A stretch of DNA of 64,000 bases, taken from contig OZ024743.1 of NCBI GenBank assembly GCA_964016885.1, positions 275,714,001-275,778,000 of the forward strand, in the 5' to 3' direction. Within the stretch, counting starts at the first letter, position 1; every line of letters starts with the position of its first letter. Positions 22,772 to 35,130 of the stretch are shown in pieces. Both the position numbers and the translations under genes were made by a program. The notes under the pieces are model-generated. The model was given only the letters and a program-made list of their open reading frames with translations. It searched no databases and was not told where the DNA came from. The DNA comes from Eledone cirrhosa (lineage: Eukaryota).

Positions 22772-25271
22772 TGAAATTATTGTGTAAAGTGCTCAGGTGC
22801 ACTACAACTCGTCAATATAGTACATAGAATAATACACAAATGTCGGGGAAGTACATGTGTGTATGTGTTAGCTGTAGTGTTGGCGGATCTCGGGAAGCAT
22901 GGAGGCCTTAAAGGATGCAGTGTCTCGACAGCTAACAACTGATGCAAGTAGTTTGTTCCATGCTTCAGTAACTCTGAGCGTGAAAAATGTTTCCGAAAGT
23001 CATGGGAACTGTGCTGTTTTCTTACTTTGTGGGCATGTCCACGTGTGTTAGACACATGGAAATCAAAAAGGTACTCAGGGTTGTTGTTGGCAACATGGTT
23101 AACAATTTTGTGGGTGTTTACCAAGTCAGTTGCCAGGCGTCGGAGCTTCAATGAATCCATGCCCAGGGAAGCAAGGCGCTCAGAGTATGGTAGATGCCTG
23201 ATGGAGGGTATTCGCTTGGTTGCATGTCTCTGAACAGTTTCCAGGCGGTCAATGTCCTGAGCAAGATAGGGGTTCCAGACTGGTGATGCAAATTCTAAGT
23301 GTGGTCGCACCATAGCTGTATACAGCCTTAAATAGATATCTGGAGAGCGGCTGACAAAGGTCTTGCTGAGTGATGCTAAGACACCCTCGGCCCTCTTGAC
23401 AATTTTAGAGACGTGCCTCGTCCAACGCAAATTGCTGCTGACCGTAATGCCCAGGTCACGTTTACAGGAAGACTTCTTGATATTAGTGCTGTGGAGGGAG
23501 TATGTGGACGCTGGGTTTTTACTCCCAAAATGCATGGTGGTGCACTTGTCCACAGCTAGCTTGAGTTGCCAGTCTGAGATCCATTGTTGCATTGTGTCCA
23601 GGTCAGACTGCAAGCAAGATCTATAGTGTTCAGGATCTGTCCTTTTTATCTCAAGGTACAGCTTGATGTCGTCTGCATACTTTAGTACTGTGGCATTCCT
23701 TAAGTTGGCATCTATGTCATTAATATATGCCACAAACAAAAGGGGGCCAAGAACAGATCCCTGTGGTACACCAGATGACATCTCATATGGTGAGGAATGC
23801 TGTCCCAGAACCGTGACTACCTCTCTTCGACTGAGAATGAAGGACTTCAACCAGTTAAAAAAATCATCCTTCACACCCATTGCAGAGAGTTTTGCCATAA
23901 GCCTTTTGTGTGGCACAGAATTGAAGGCCTTCGCAAAGTCAAGGTAAACAACATCCACCCATGAGCCGCCATCAGTGATCCAGGTGATGTCCTCAAGAAA
24001 CTCTATAAGTTGATCACAGCAGCTGGAGTTGGGGATAAATCCAAATTGCGAGGGCCGGATAAGACTGTGAGAGCTCCAGAAGTTCCAAAGTGTTTCTCTG
24101 ACACAGGATTCCATCAGTTTGGCGATGCATCTAGTAAGACTGACTGGACGATAGTTCACAGGTGATGTGCGGTCACCCTTTTTGAACAGAGGAATGACAC
24201 TGGCAGTTTTCCACTGTTCTGGAGTAGCACTGTTGTTCAGACAGAATTGGAAGAAGCGTGATAACTGGTGTAGAAGGAAGTTCCCACCACGTTTAAGAAG
24301 CAGGTACGTAACACCATCAAGATCAGGAGAGGCATGGTTGCGTTTATTTTTTAGGTGACATAGCAGCATTGCAGGTGTAAATTCCATGGTTGTAATAGAG
24401 TCCGGTGTCATAGGTGGTGGAGATGGTACACTCTAGTCTTCAATAGTGAAAATGCCTGCATAGCATTCAGCAATGAGCTCTGCGCATTCCTTGGGGTCGT
24501 CAGTAACCTGGCTTGTGTGGGGATTGCGAAGAGGACCAACTGGAGAGTGAGGCCTCTGCTTTGAGTGAACATACTTCCAGAACACCTTACTGTCAGGGCT
24601 GGTTGCTATGCGCTGCTCAAATTGAAGCACTGCCTTTTTTGTCACCTGTTTGAGGTGGTTGGACCATCTATTTCGCCTCTTCCTATTAATGTCTGATTTG
24701 TGAAGTTTGTACTCACGTTCAGCATTGCGCCGTTCTTTTCTGGCAAGACGGACTGCTGCAGTCTCCTAAATTGCGCTTTTGGGATGTTTTTTCTGCTTAC
24801 GTGGCACCGATGCTGCACATGCTGTCCATATTGAGCTCAGGATGTTCTGGAGTACAGTGTTGACATCTCCAGAGTCGTAGAACTCAAGCCAGTTTGGCCG
24901 TTGCAACTCGGTACAGTAACAGTTCCAGTCTGCTTTATTCCAGTCAAAGTGAGCAGTTTGGAGATGGTTGTGGTTCTTGTTACTGCCCATGAAGGATAGA
25001 TTGGCAATGATCATAGCATGATTAGAGTCAGCTAAAGGTTCCTCAGCAGTAACACTAATGACCGTTTCAGGAGTAGTGGTGAAGAGTAGGTCCAAAGTGT
25101 TGTCACCTCTCGTTGGGGAGGTGACTATCTGGGACCAACTCAAGTCCAGCTCAAGGAAGTCATTTGCACTTGGCGGCCAACGAAAGGTCTCCCAGTCAAT
25201 CTCAGGGTGATTGAAGTCACCTGCAATGAAAACATAAGTGGCTGTCTTCCTGGCAGCAGCTCTGAGGATAT
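22772..25271 (-). mobile_element. 5'-truncated CR1-clade LINE (partial APE + RT), pseudogenised
   Basis: GDFNHPEIDW, LDLLFT, NYRPVSLT, YLDFAKAF, SGVPQGSVLGPLLF, YADD, RDLGI and RPHLEFASPVWNPY motifs. In-frame TAG stops at 24766 and 24433 and a frameshift near 22985. Confidence 0.92.
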
Positions 25272-25672
25272 CACATCAAAGATGGAATAATAAATATTGT
25301 CTATATACACATCAATGATGGAATAATAAATATTGTATATATATATATACACATCAATGATGGAATAATAAATATTGTATATATACACATCAAAGATGGA
25401 ATAATAAATATTGTATATATACACATCAATGATGGAATAATAAATATTGTATATATACACATCAATGATGGAATAATAAATATTGTCTATATACACATCA
25501 ATGATGGAATAATAAATATTGTATATATACACATCAATGATGGAATAATAAATATTGTCTATATACACATCAATGATGGAATAAATATTGTATATATATA
25601 CATCAGTGATGGAATAAATATTGTATATATATATACACATCAGTGATGGAATAATAAATGTTGTATACATCA
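25272..25672. repeat. Same minisatellite (right part)
   Basis: The same unit resumes directly after the CR1 5' junction. Confidence 0.9.
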
Positions 25673-27224
25673 ATAAGCTGTTTAATAAAATATTAAGAGA
25701 TAAAATTGACTTTAAAAGGAAATTAAAAGAAAAATGTCTTACATTGTAATAGAGCAAATCAGTTGATAAAATAATAGATGGGAAGGAAAGAAGGAAAAAA
25801 ACTGAAATTATGTTTGAAGGATTTATTCAGCAGAGGGTACAACTGGAATGATGAATGGGGAGTATGTGATGGACCTTTGAGATACATCTTAACAGAAGTA
25901 AACAGATTCTCTCTGCTAGAGCTTCTCTGCAGAACCATATATGGCAACCAGCTTTATTTATATATAGTTAGATGCCATAGACGTTGTTTTGTTCACTCTC
26001 TCTCTCTCGCATTTTTTTTTCTTGCTGTGGATGTTGGTACCTCTCCCATTTCTGTGTTGAATTGTTTTCCTCTCAAGTCAAAAAGAACTTTGGTTTATTA
26101 TATACAATAAGGAGCTTCTGCCCTATCCTAAACACTTTGTCTACAACTGGCACATCCCAATCTAAACCATTGATAGAGCTAAGACAAAGTTTTTACACCA
26201 AGCCTCTTCATCTGGTTATCAGCTGTTTTAGTAGTATTTTTTTTTTTTTACATTGTGGTTTTTTTTGCACTTGCTTGCTGCTAGGTATTTGTCAATTTGT
26301 CTAAAGCTGCATAATCACTGCAGTAGGACTGTAGTAGCAAAGAACATAGTTTTAAATAGTCAGAAAGTAAGAAATTGGTGAAAGGGCAACACATTTCATT
26401 CCTAAGAAGCTGTGTATATCTGTGGGAACTGAGGTAGATGTCATTAGGACTTTTAATACCATTGCTACAAAAACAATTAATTTACCCACATGATATAAGT
26501 TGCAATCTAAATTTTGAGAAGAAACCTTAATGACTCAACAGAATCAGAATTTAAAAAATAATAATAAAAAAAAAAAAAAAAAAAAATAAAAGGTAAATAA
26601 ATAAAAAAAAGTAAAAAAAAATGCTAATACTTAAACAGAAATAAATTCAATGTCATGGAAGTTCTTTGCATGTCAAGGAAAAATATTGGATAGCATTATA
26701 CATCTTTAATAAATATATTTAGATACAATTATATATGCCTATACAAGTGTGTATATACATCAAAGATATATTACTACACACATACACACACACTAACTTT
26801 TTCTCTCTCTCAAATAGGGTGTACATTGAAATAAATTATCAGATATATTTTAGAGGCCAACTTTGCTCTTCATTTTTTCAGGGTTGAAAAATAAAGTCCA
26901 GGGTGGTGGATTGGCAGAATTGGTAAAGTGTCAGATGAGATGCTTTGTAGTATCTGTTCTGTCTCTTAGAGTTCTGAGTTAGAGTTCTGAGTTAAAATTC
27001 TGCAATCTGTCCGACCTGCACTTGGTCAAGTAGACTTAAAATAAGCATAGTTGTTAATGCTTATCCAGCAATAAAAAAAAAAACAGCTGGGTAGAATATT
27101 CTAGTCATTAAACTAAATGTATTTAAAAAGAATGATAGAAAGAAAGACAAGTAACATCCCTCCACCCACCCAGAAGATATCTGACAAAATTCTAACACAC
27201 CTTATTTTGTTTGTGCATCATCTT

Positions 27225-27459
27225 TTGATACTAAACCACCCTTGGTTCTACAATGCTAAGCTGTTTATTTTAAAGAGTTCATACTTATCTAAAAACCTTC
27301 CATTGTAATTTTATTGAAGAACGTTTATGTTCCAAACACCAGATTTATAATGAGAAAGTTATATTACTAAATCCCCACTAATTCTTGATTATTTTCAAAA
27401 TTATTATTGAAAACCATATACAGAATCTTTCATTAGGAATATGGTATTGAAAGGGTTAA
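27225..27459. mobile_element. TTAA-flanked MITE, family 2
   Basis: ttttgatac(c/t)aaac...aatatggtattgaaagggttaa; related copies at about 670-812, 20490-20670, 37240-37490, 50420-50610 and 58410-58650. Confidence 0.55.
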
Positions 27460-30400
27460 ATGTATTTCAAATTAGTCACATTCCTGAAAGACACTACATT
27501 TTATCAGGGAATATTCCTTACTAAATAATCCAATTTCTAGCTATAGAGCTTTAAAAGCCCCCACCTCACTCTCTTACATGTTAAATAAAATGACCAGACA
27601 TAAATCTAAAGAGAGTGTAGTATAGTTTATATGTAAAATATGTGGTTACAACTGTTTGGAAAATTTAGTAACTTTGCATGTTAATGTTAAAATTAGACAA
27701 AAAGATAAACTACAATCATAAATGAGGTAGATTTTAGAGATTACTGGTGAATATAACTAATAAACTTGTTGTTTTTAGCTAACTGAAATTCAAAATAATC
27801 ATATACTTAGCCAGTTTAATTAAAACAATTTTTTCCTGAAAATATTTCAAGAATAAGTAGAGCAAATACTATTACGTAGCTTGGGGATCAGAGAGTCACT
27901 CCAGGTAGAGTTGCTACTTCTCTGAATTGAGAGATCACCTGATACTATCAGTATGTGGTTAGAATGTCTTAGGAAAGAATCACTGAACAGATTTTACAGG
28001 CAAAACCAACAGAGACCCAGAGCAAGATGATTGGATAACATCCATTAGCTTGTCTGGTCTTGCTTGGGGATCCAGCCGGATCAGTTGCTGCTGACAGGAC
28101 CCGCTGGAGGGAGTGTTTGAGGACTCTGCCCCCAAGACCCTCTCAGGAATAAGTGGGAGAAGAAGAGGAGGAGGAGAAAATATCACCCACACATACACAT
28201 TGTATATGACATAATAACAACATATGAATATATTTTATTGTCACAAGACTTGTATAATGTATACCAAATTAATTTACCAATAGAAATTGACTGAGGTTAA
28301 AGGGTGTTTACTGTGACTTCTGCTGACTACTATGCAACATTTTTGACTGTAGGAAAATGGAATATATTTTTGTGTTCGCAATGGTAATTTAACAGTACCC
28401 AATATAAGCTAGGAACAAATGAAGAATTATGAAGAGATGTGTTACAAAAATATTAAAATTAATATCATGGTAGGGGGTAATAATAAAATTAGCAGTGAAT
28501 AAGTATAGAACAAGAATACAGTTATTATTATTAAATAATAATTTAGCACCAACAGTACACTAGGACATGAAATAAAAAAAAAAAGTGGTGTTTATAATGC
28601 AGTAAAAAAAAATAAATAAAAGGAAAGCGATTTGAAATTTTATTGTATAAAAAAATGTTTAAAGTAGGTTTTGGAAGAAGAGAGAGAGGGGGAAGCTGAG
28701 ATAATGTCAATAGAATATTGTTGTGGAAGGTGTGAAAGTAGAGATAATAGAACAACAAAGTGAGATTATTATTATTTTTTTCTTTATCATTGTATACAGA
28801 GGCAATGTTTTTTTTCTTCTCCATAATTAATTAATTAGTTCCTGAAGCTCAACTTTGAAGAGAATCATTTTTAAAAATTTCATTTTATATTTTCTTTTCT
28901 TTCCATGTTTATTTATGGCATTGTAATGCTGAGATGATGGAAGGAAGGTGGAGGGAGGGAGGGAAAAAAATTTTTCTTCTTCATAATTTTGAAGAAATTG
29001 ACAAAAAAAAATAACAAAAAAGTGGTGATAGGGTGTGAGATAAAAATTATTAAAATGAGCAGGGAGTGTTGTTTTTTTCTTTTAAAATAATGTACACTTC
29101 CATTCTATCCCTCTCAAGCCAGTCTAACAATTTTGGACACAGAAAGAATGCTAGGAAGTCGAACTACTTGCCACTTATAATACCCCCCAAAAAAACACCA
29201 TTTTTTTTTTCAGAAAGAAAATAGTAATAATAATGAATAATAAAAACAATAATAATAATAATAATGGTTTCTGATTTAAGCACAAGGCCATCAATTTTAG
29301 TGGAGAGGGGTAAATTAAATATAACCCCCCCCCCCCCAGTACTTGACTGGTACTTCATTTTATCAACCTTGAAAGGATGAATGGCAAAGTGAACCTTGGA
29401 GGGATTTGAACTCAGAATGTAAAGGACCGTAACTAAATACCACAAAGCATTTTGCCCGACGCTCTACTGATTCTGCCAACCAATCCTCCTAATAACAATA
29501 ATGATGATGAAGATAATAATAATAATAATTGTTTCTACTTTTGGCACAAGGCCAGCAATTACCCAGTACATTACTGAAATAATAATGAAATGAAATTTTT
29601 CTTTCTTTTCCTTTTTTCCCCCGTTTTTCTTAATTTTTCTTTCAAAATACATGGAACATACATTTAATTCCTAGCAGCCGGCCAAGCCATAACCCGTATA
29701 TAGCTGACCTTTCCTTTAAATATGGAAAGGAAGAGGGATAAGAAAAAGAGAAACAATGATAAAATATATTAGTATATTTCCAACTGTAAGTAAGTCAGCA
29801 GAAGATGGATTTTACAATCAATATGACAAACCATTATGTTAAAAAAACAAAAAAATGTTACTAATAATATTGTATTCTGAAAGCTTTTGTTACGTTGTGA
29901 TTTCGATTTGAAAATACAGAATTAAGCCAACAAAAGGCTGGTGGTGGGGATGAGTGAAAAATATATAAATAAATAAATAACAATTATTATTATTATTACT
30001 GACAAGCGTAACCCGGAAATAAATGGCTGTAGGTCAGGTCAGTGATGTTGAAACTTCGTCAAGCGCAGAAATTAGATGCAAGGGGAGATAACTCTGATAT
30101 TTATATTTTCATTTTTTTGCCACAGTATAAATTAGTTACTAGAGACAAAACGCACGCACTTACACACAATAAAGGAGGGCTTTAATTTTCGTTAGGATCC
30201 ACTTCCATGGTGCACAACTTTTCCAGCTTTAGGTTCCGAAAAATGTAGCTAACATTCTGAAGACACGGATGTGTACACACACACACACACACAATTCGAC
30301 GATTATTAAAGATATTGAGGGTAAAAAAAAAAAAAAAAAAAGTTTTAATGCAAGCATGATTTTAATACAATATTTGGATGGAAATTTTAATCAAGAAAGA

Positions 30401-30648
30401 AAAGTTAAACTCCAGAAATTCGACCATTTAAAAGTTTTTCTTTCCTTTTCTATGTATCTTTTTTATTGAATTATTTTCTTCCCTGAGAGGGAATATAAAG
30501 AACAAAAGAAAAAACTGATTCCACTTTGATTCAACTTAAAAAAAAAGAAAACAACAGATTCAATTTGAAGTAAATCTATAAGAGCAAAATAGGAGTTATA
30601 CAACTAAAAGAAGAAAAATTAATGTCATTATCTATATTGGAAAAGACT

Positions 30649-31018
30649 CATTAGATCGGACCTAGGAAACAATGTTTCCATTGCTGGTATTATCTGCCAG
30701 TAGCAACTTCTGGCAGAGCTGATGATTAGATCAGACCAAAGCAACTATGTTTCCATTGGTTTTACCATTGCTGATACTATTTGTTGGTTGCAACTGCTGG
30801 CAGAGTTAATCATCAGATCAGACGAAGGAAACTGTTTGTTGATACCATCTGCCAGTTACAACTCCTGACAGAATTGATCTTCAGCTCGGACCAAGGAAAC
30901 TCTTTTCATTATTGATAATATCTGCTAATCACAACTCCTGGTAGAGTTGATCATTAGATCAGACCAAAGGGACAATGTTTTCATTGCTAATTCCATCTGT
31001 TGGTTGCAACTTCTGATA
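30649..31018. repeat. Diverged ~70-85-bp tandem repeat (5 units) built of short palindromes
   Basis: Units begin attagatc(a/g)gacc at about 30650, 30725, 30811, 30880 and 30953; one inverted unit occurs at about 555-635. Confidence 0.75.
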
Positions 31019-34000
31019 ACTAGAACCAACTAAACTATTATACTATGTATCTCTAGTATGAAAGGTAAAGTCAACAGTGACAGGATTTAAACTCAAAACT
31101 TAAATGAACAATACTAAACATAACAAAATATTTTAGTTGTTGCTACTCACCACCCTCATGATCATAACAATGATTTCCTTCATGACTAGGCCAATTTTTA
31201 GGGAAGGGAAAGGATGCTTCATAATATATATTAACTTTTAATTTAGGCACAAATTTAGGGAAAAGGCAAAGTTGACCTTGGCAGGATTTGAACTGAGAAT
31301 GTAAAGAGCCAGAACAAATACAATGGTATTTTATTCAATGTTCTACCAATTCTGTCAATCCACCACCCTTGCTTCATATTATATATTATTTCTAATTTAG
31401 ACAAAGCCAGCAGTATCTATCCCAGTACTTAACTGGTACTTTATCTTATTAACCCTGGAAGAATGAAAAGTAAAGCTGACCCCGTTGAGATTTGAACTGA
31501 GAATATAGAAAGGTGTAACTAAATATCACAAAGCATTTTGTCCAACACTTTCCTAATACTGGCAATCCACCATTTTAGATCCATACTACATATTGAAAAT
31601 TATAACTAATATGGCTCTACATACCAATTATATAGAGATATAACAAAGAATACAAGTAGAAGCCCTAAAAGAAAAAGAAAAAGAAAACAGTGAAGAAATA
31701 GAATCTAAGCTAGAGTTAATAGTTAACTGACTTTAAATACTATCTCACTTTCAGTTCCACATTTTGTTCTAAATTGTAAACACAAAAAAAAAAAAAAAAA
31801 AAAAAGAAGCAGATCTGATTCAAAGTTAAATCAAATTGGGAGGGGGGGGGGGGGGCTCCTATTATAAATATTGATGTTATTTGCAACGTAATGCCGTGAG
31901 GAATGTGTGTGTATGTGTATACTCACATATTGAGAAAAACTGGAAATATCCCTATCCAATTAAATTTCTTTTAACTTAAAAATCTAAACAATTTGTGATC
32001 AGAAGTTATGGGAAACAATTGAAAAAAGATCAAATAAAGAGGTATGTGGAGGTAGAAACATGTAATAATGGTTATCTGAAAGAATCATAGAAGTAGCTAT
32101 TTTTAGTGCTGTTTTAACCTTTTGAAATTAACTAAATACCTCATAGTAAAAAAAAAAAACCTTTAATATAATCTTATGTCATAGCTACCCAATTGATACA
32201 GTTAGGGAGAGCGCATTCTGACATGAAGAACCCCACACGCAAACCCCTGGTGGTCCTAGCTAATAGGATTGAGAAAGCATTACCATGGAGGATAGTGAGG
32301 GAGGTGCTTTGAAATAGCCATTTCAACTGATGGAGGTGGCCAGTTTTGACCCAACAACAGGCAACTAAGAACACCAGAAGTCACCACCACTTATTAAGAA
32401 CGGATATTTATGGTAGAAAAATGGTAAAATAACATTCTCACCCACCCCCTCCCCCGCGCACACACACTATCTCTTATTCTTACTTCTGAGAAAACAGTTT
32501 GATATGGAAATTTGCAGCAACATCACTAGTAACAATGATGTTGTTGGACAGCTGTCGGTTCTGATGATGTATATTCTAGTTGTTTGATCAACAGAACAGT
32601 CTGCTCATGAAATTAACATGCAAGTGGCTGAGCATTTCACAAACATCATTATGTCCACTTTTATTATTGTTATTATCATCATTACTATTATCGTTGTTGT
32701 TTTAAAAAATAAAAGAAATTTATAAAATGATTTTATAAAACTATCTTGAATACTAATAAAAGTCAGTTAGATTTTACAGATCTTGAAGTTTGAATATCAT
32801 TTCAACAATAGTTTTTATTCTTTGATGTATTTCAATTGTTATCCCTGTGACTTTGAAGTAGTAGCAATATCAAAGAGAAGCAAATACAGTTATAGTTATG
32901 TGGAATGGCTAGAGAGAAGAAATAATTCAATGGCTAGAGAAATAATACTTAAATACATAGTCTTGTGGTCAGTCATCTTACAGTATCGTTTATTTAAATA
33001 CTTATTATTTCTTACACAACAAAATTCTCTATGATAATAGTATATTATATTATCAATTTATGAGTAGTCAATACTACAGGCTGTAACGACCCTGCCCTAC
33101 AAGAGTCCCCAGCTCAGTTGGCTCCAGGTAATAGTACCTGGTATGAGCTCCCATCAAAGTTTATGGAATCTCCCTCTTTGACTTCAAAATGCCAGGTTGG
33201 TATTCAACTCCTGTTCAGAAAAATAGGAGATTTGGTGCACAAAGCTAGCAACCTTACTTCCACTAATCAAAATTGCTACAGAAACAATGTCGTCCAATAC
33301 TTGAGAAGGAGCAAAAAGGACAAAAGAACTAAGGAAGAAGATAACCATCTCACTAAGATGAAATCTATCATGAGTTTGTTGAAGAAAGAAACCTATTTCA
33401 TTATCTGGAAAAGATTCCTTTCCTAATTTAAATTGCAAATCATAAGAATTGCTTAAACAATTCTATGCCACCCTCCAGCATTGAAAATGAGCTGTAAAAA
33501 AAACCACAACACATTTCCTAGTACATTTAAAATTGTCCAACAATTGGATGGATTTAGTTTTTCAATAATGTTATATATGGCTAAAATAGTCAACAAGTGT
33601 ACAATTAGTAAAATGTACTGCAGAGTAAGTGATACTGCAATTTGCAACAGTTTATAAGCAATGCTAAACTAAAGATATTACCATAGAAAAATGAAGTAGA
33701 GAGCTAGAAATCTGCAAAGATGGACACATGATTATATTTCAGCAAGTTTAATTTATAGCTAAGAAATGTTTGTTTTTTCTCAATAAATTGGCCAGTTGTG
33801 TCCAGTTTGAGTCAGATTCCTCTGGCTGAGATCAGACAAAACTCCAAAAGAATTAAGAGAACTACTACAAACAAAGAGATGTCATAATAGAAGGAGGAAG
33901 AGAGGATAATAAGAAACATGTTTATTTTTGTTGTTCTTTTTTTTAAAAAGAGGAAGAAATAATTTTTCTTTTGTTTTTATTTTCCCGTTCACTAATCATT

Positions 34001-34695
34001 TATCGGAATACTGAAACAATAATTTAAATAAATTAGATCTTTAAAATGATTAGTGCATTAAAAAAAAAAAGTTCCAAACTTATTGAAATGATCAGAGATT
34101 CAGTTAAAGAGATTTGATGAAGTCAGTGAGAGAGAGTTAGAGAAATGAATGTATTTGATATGAACGGTAAAAAAATAAAATAAGTGACTATGGAATAGAG
34201 AAACGGAAAAGTTGAACTTGCTAAATATTTCAATCATTCTTATTACACATGCTAGTACTTTCATTACTATAATTTGTTTTATTTATATATTTAGTTATTG
34301 TTGTTATTATCATCATCATCATTATTATTATTTATATTTAAATAAAACAAATTTTGGAACAGTAGAGCAAAAATGAATTAGCCAAAATGGATTTTATATT
34401 TATAATTATTAATATTATTATTATTACCATCACCAGGATTATTATAGAAATTTTACATTGAAAATGGACGAAAGAAGAGAGAGAAAGCTATATAAAAAAA
34501 ACTAGTCAATATTGAATGGAAATTTATGTCTAAAAGTTTAGTTGTTATATATTACTGAAAATAACATCTACAACATCTAAGATGAATTTAACATAGTTAT
34601 GATTACATTTCATAAGCTTCACTGTGAAAACATACAAATGTAAAAAAAAAAAAAAAAAAAATTGTTATTCTCCTCATACACAGGAAAACAAGAGA

Positions 34696-34741
34696 TTGTC
34701 TTACATGTTTCACAGTTAATTGGCTGATCATCAAAAGACAA
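34696..34741 (-). ncRNA. Minimal hammerhead-like motif (C3U)
   Basis: ttgtct-t TTGATGA t cag-ccaattaa-ctg t GAAA catg TA agacaa. Confidence 0.5.
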
Positions 34742-34859
34742 GCCCTCTTATTGTTGTCTATGCAGAGAATTTTATCATCTATGACATATAGAACATGTTT
34801 TAATGTCTTGACTTAGTCTATTACTAATCTTAATCATATTTTAGTTCTCACACTTAAAG

Positions 34860-35130
34860 TGTTCCAGTTGCATGATCAATGGAACAGCCTGCTTTTGAAA
34901 TTAGTGGCTGAGCATTCCACAGAAACATGTGTCCTTAGCATGTTTCTCAGAGAGATTCAGCATGACAAAGTATGGATGGCTCTTTGAATTACAGGTGTAA
35001 TTTTTGCCAGCTGAGGAGACTGAAGCAATGTGAAATAAAGTGTCTTGCTCAAGGACACAAAGCATCTCCCAAAATTGAACACGACATTACACTAATGAGC
35101 CAAGCAGCCTAACCACTAAACCACATGCCT
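34860..35130 (-). mobile_element. tRNA-derived SINE
   Basis: Minus strand begins ggcatgtggtttagtggttagg; the body matches 465-550 and fragments at about 19480-19520, 32585-32645 and 38140-38375. Confidence 0.65.

Noticed and set aside
30719-30745. CTGATGA in the tandem repeat as a hammerhead core
   Set aside because: Other units read TTGATCA/TTAATCA, the bases form a local hairpin, and no GAAA...UH geometry follows.
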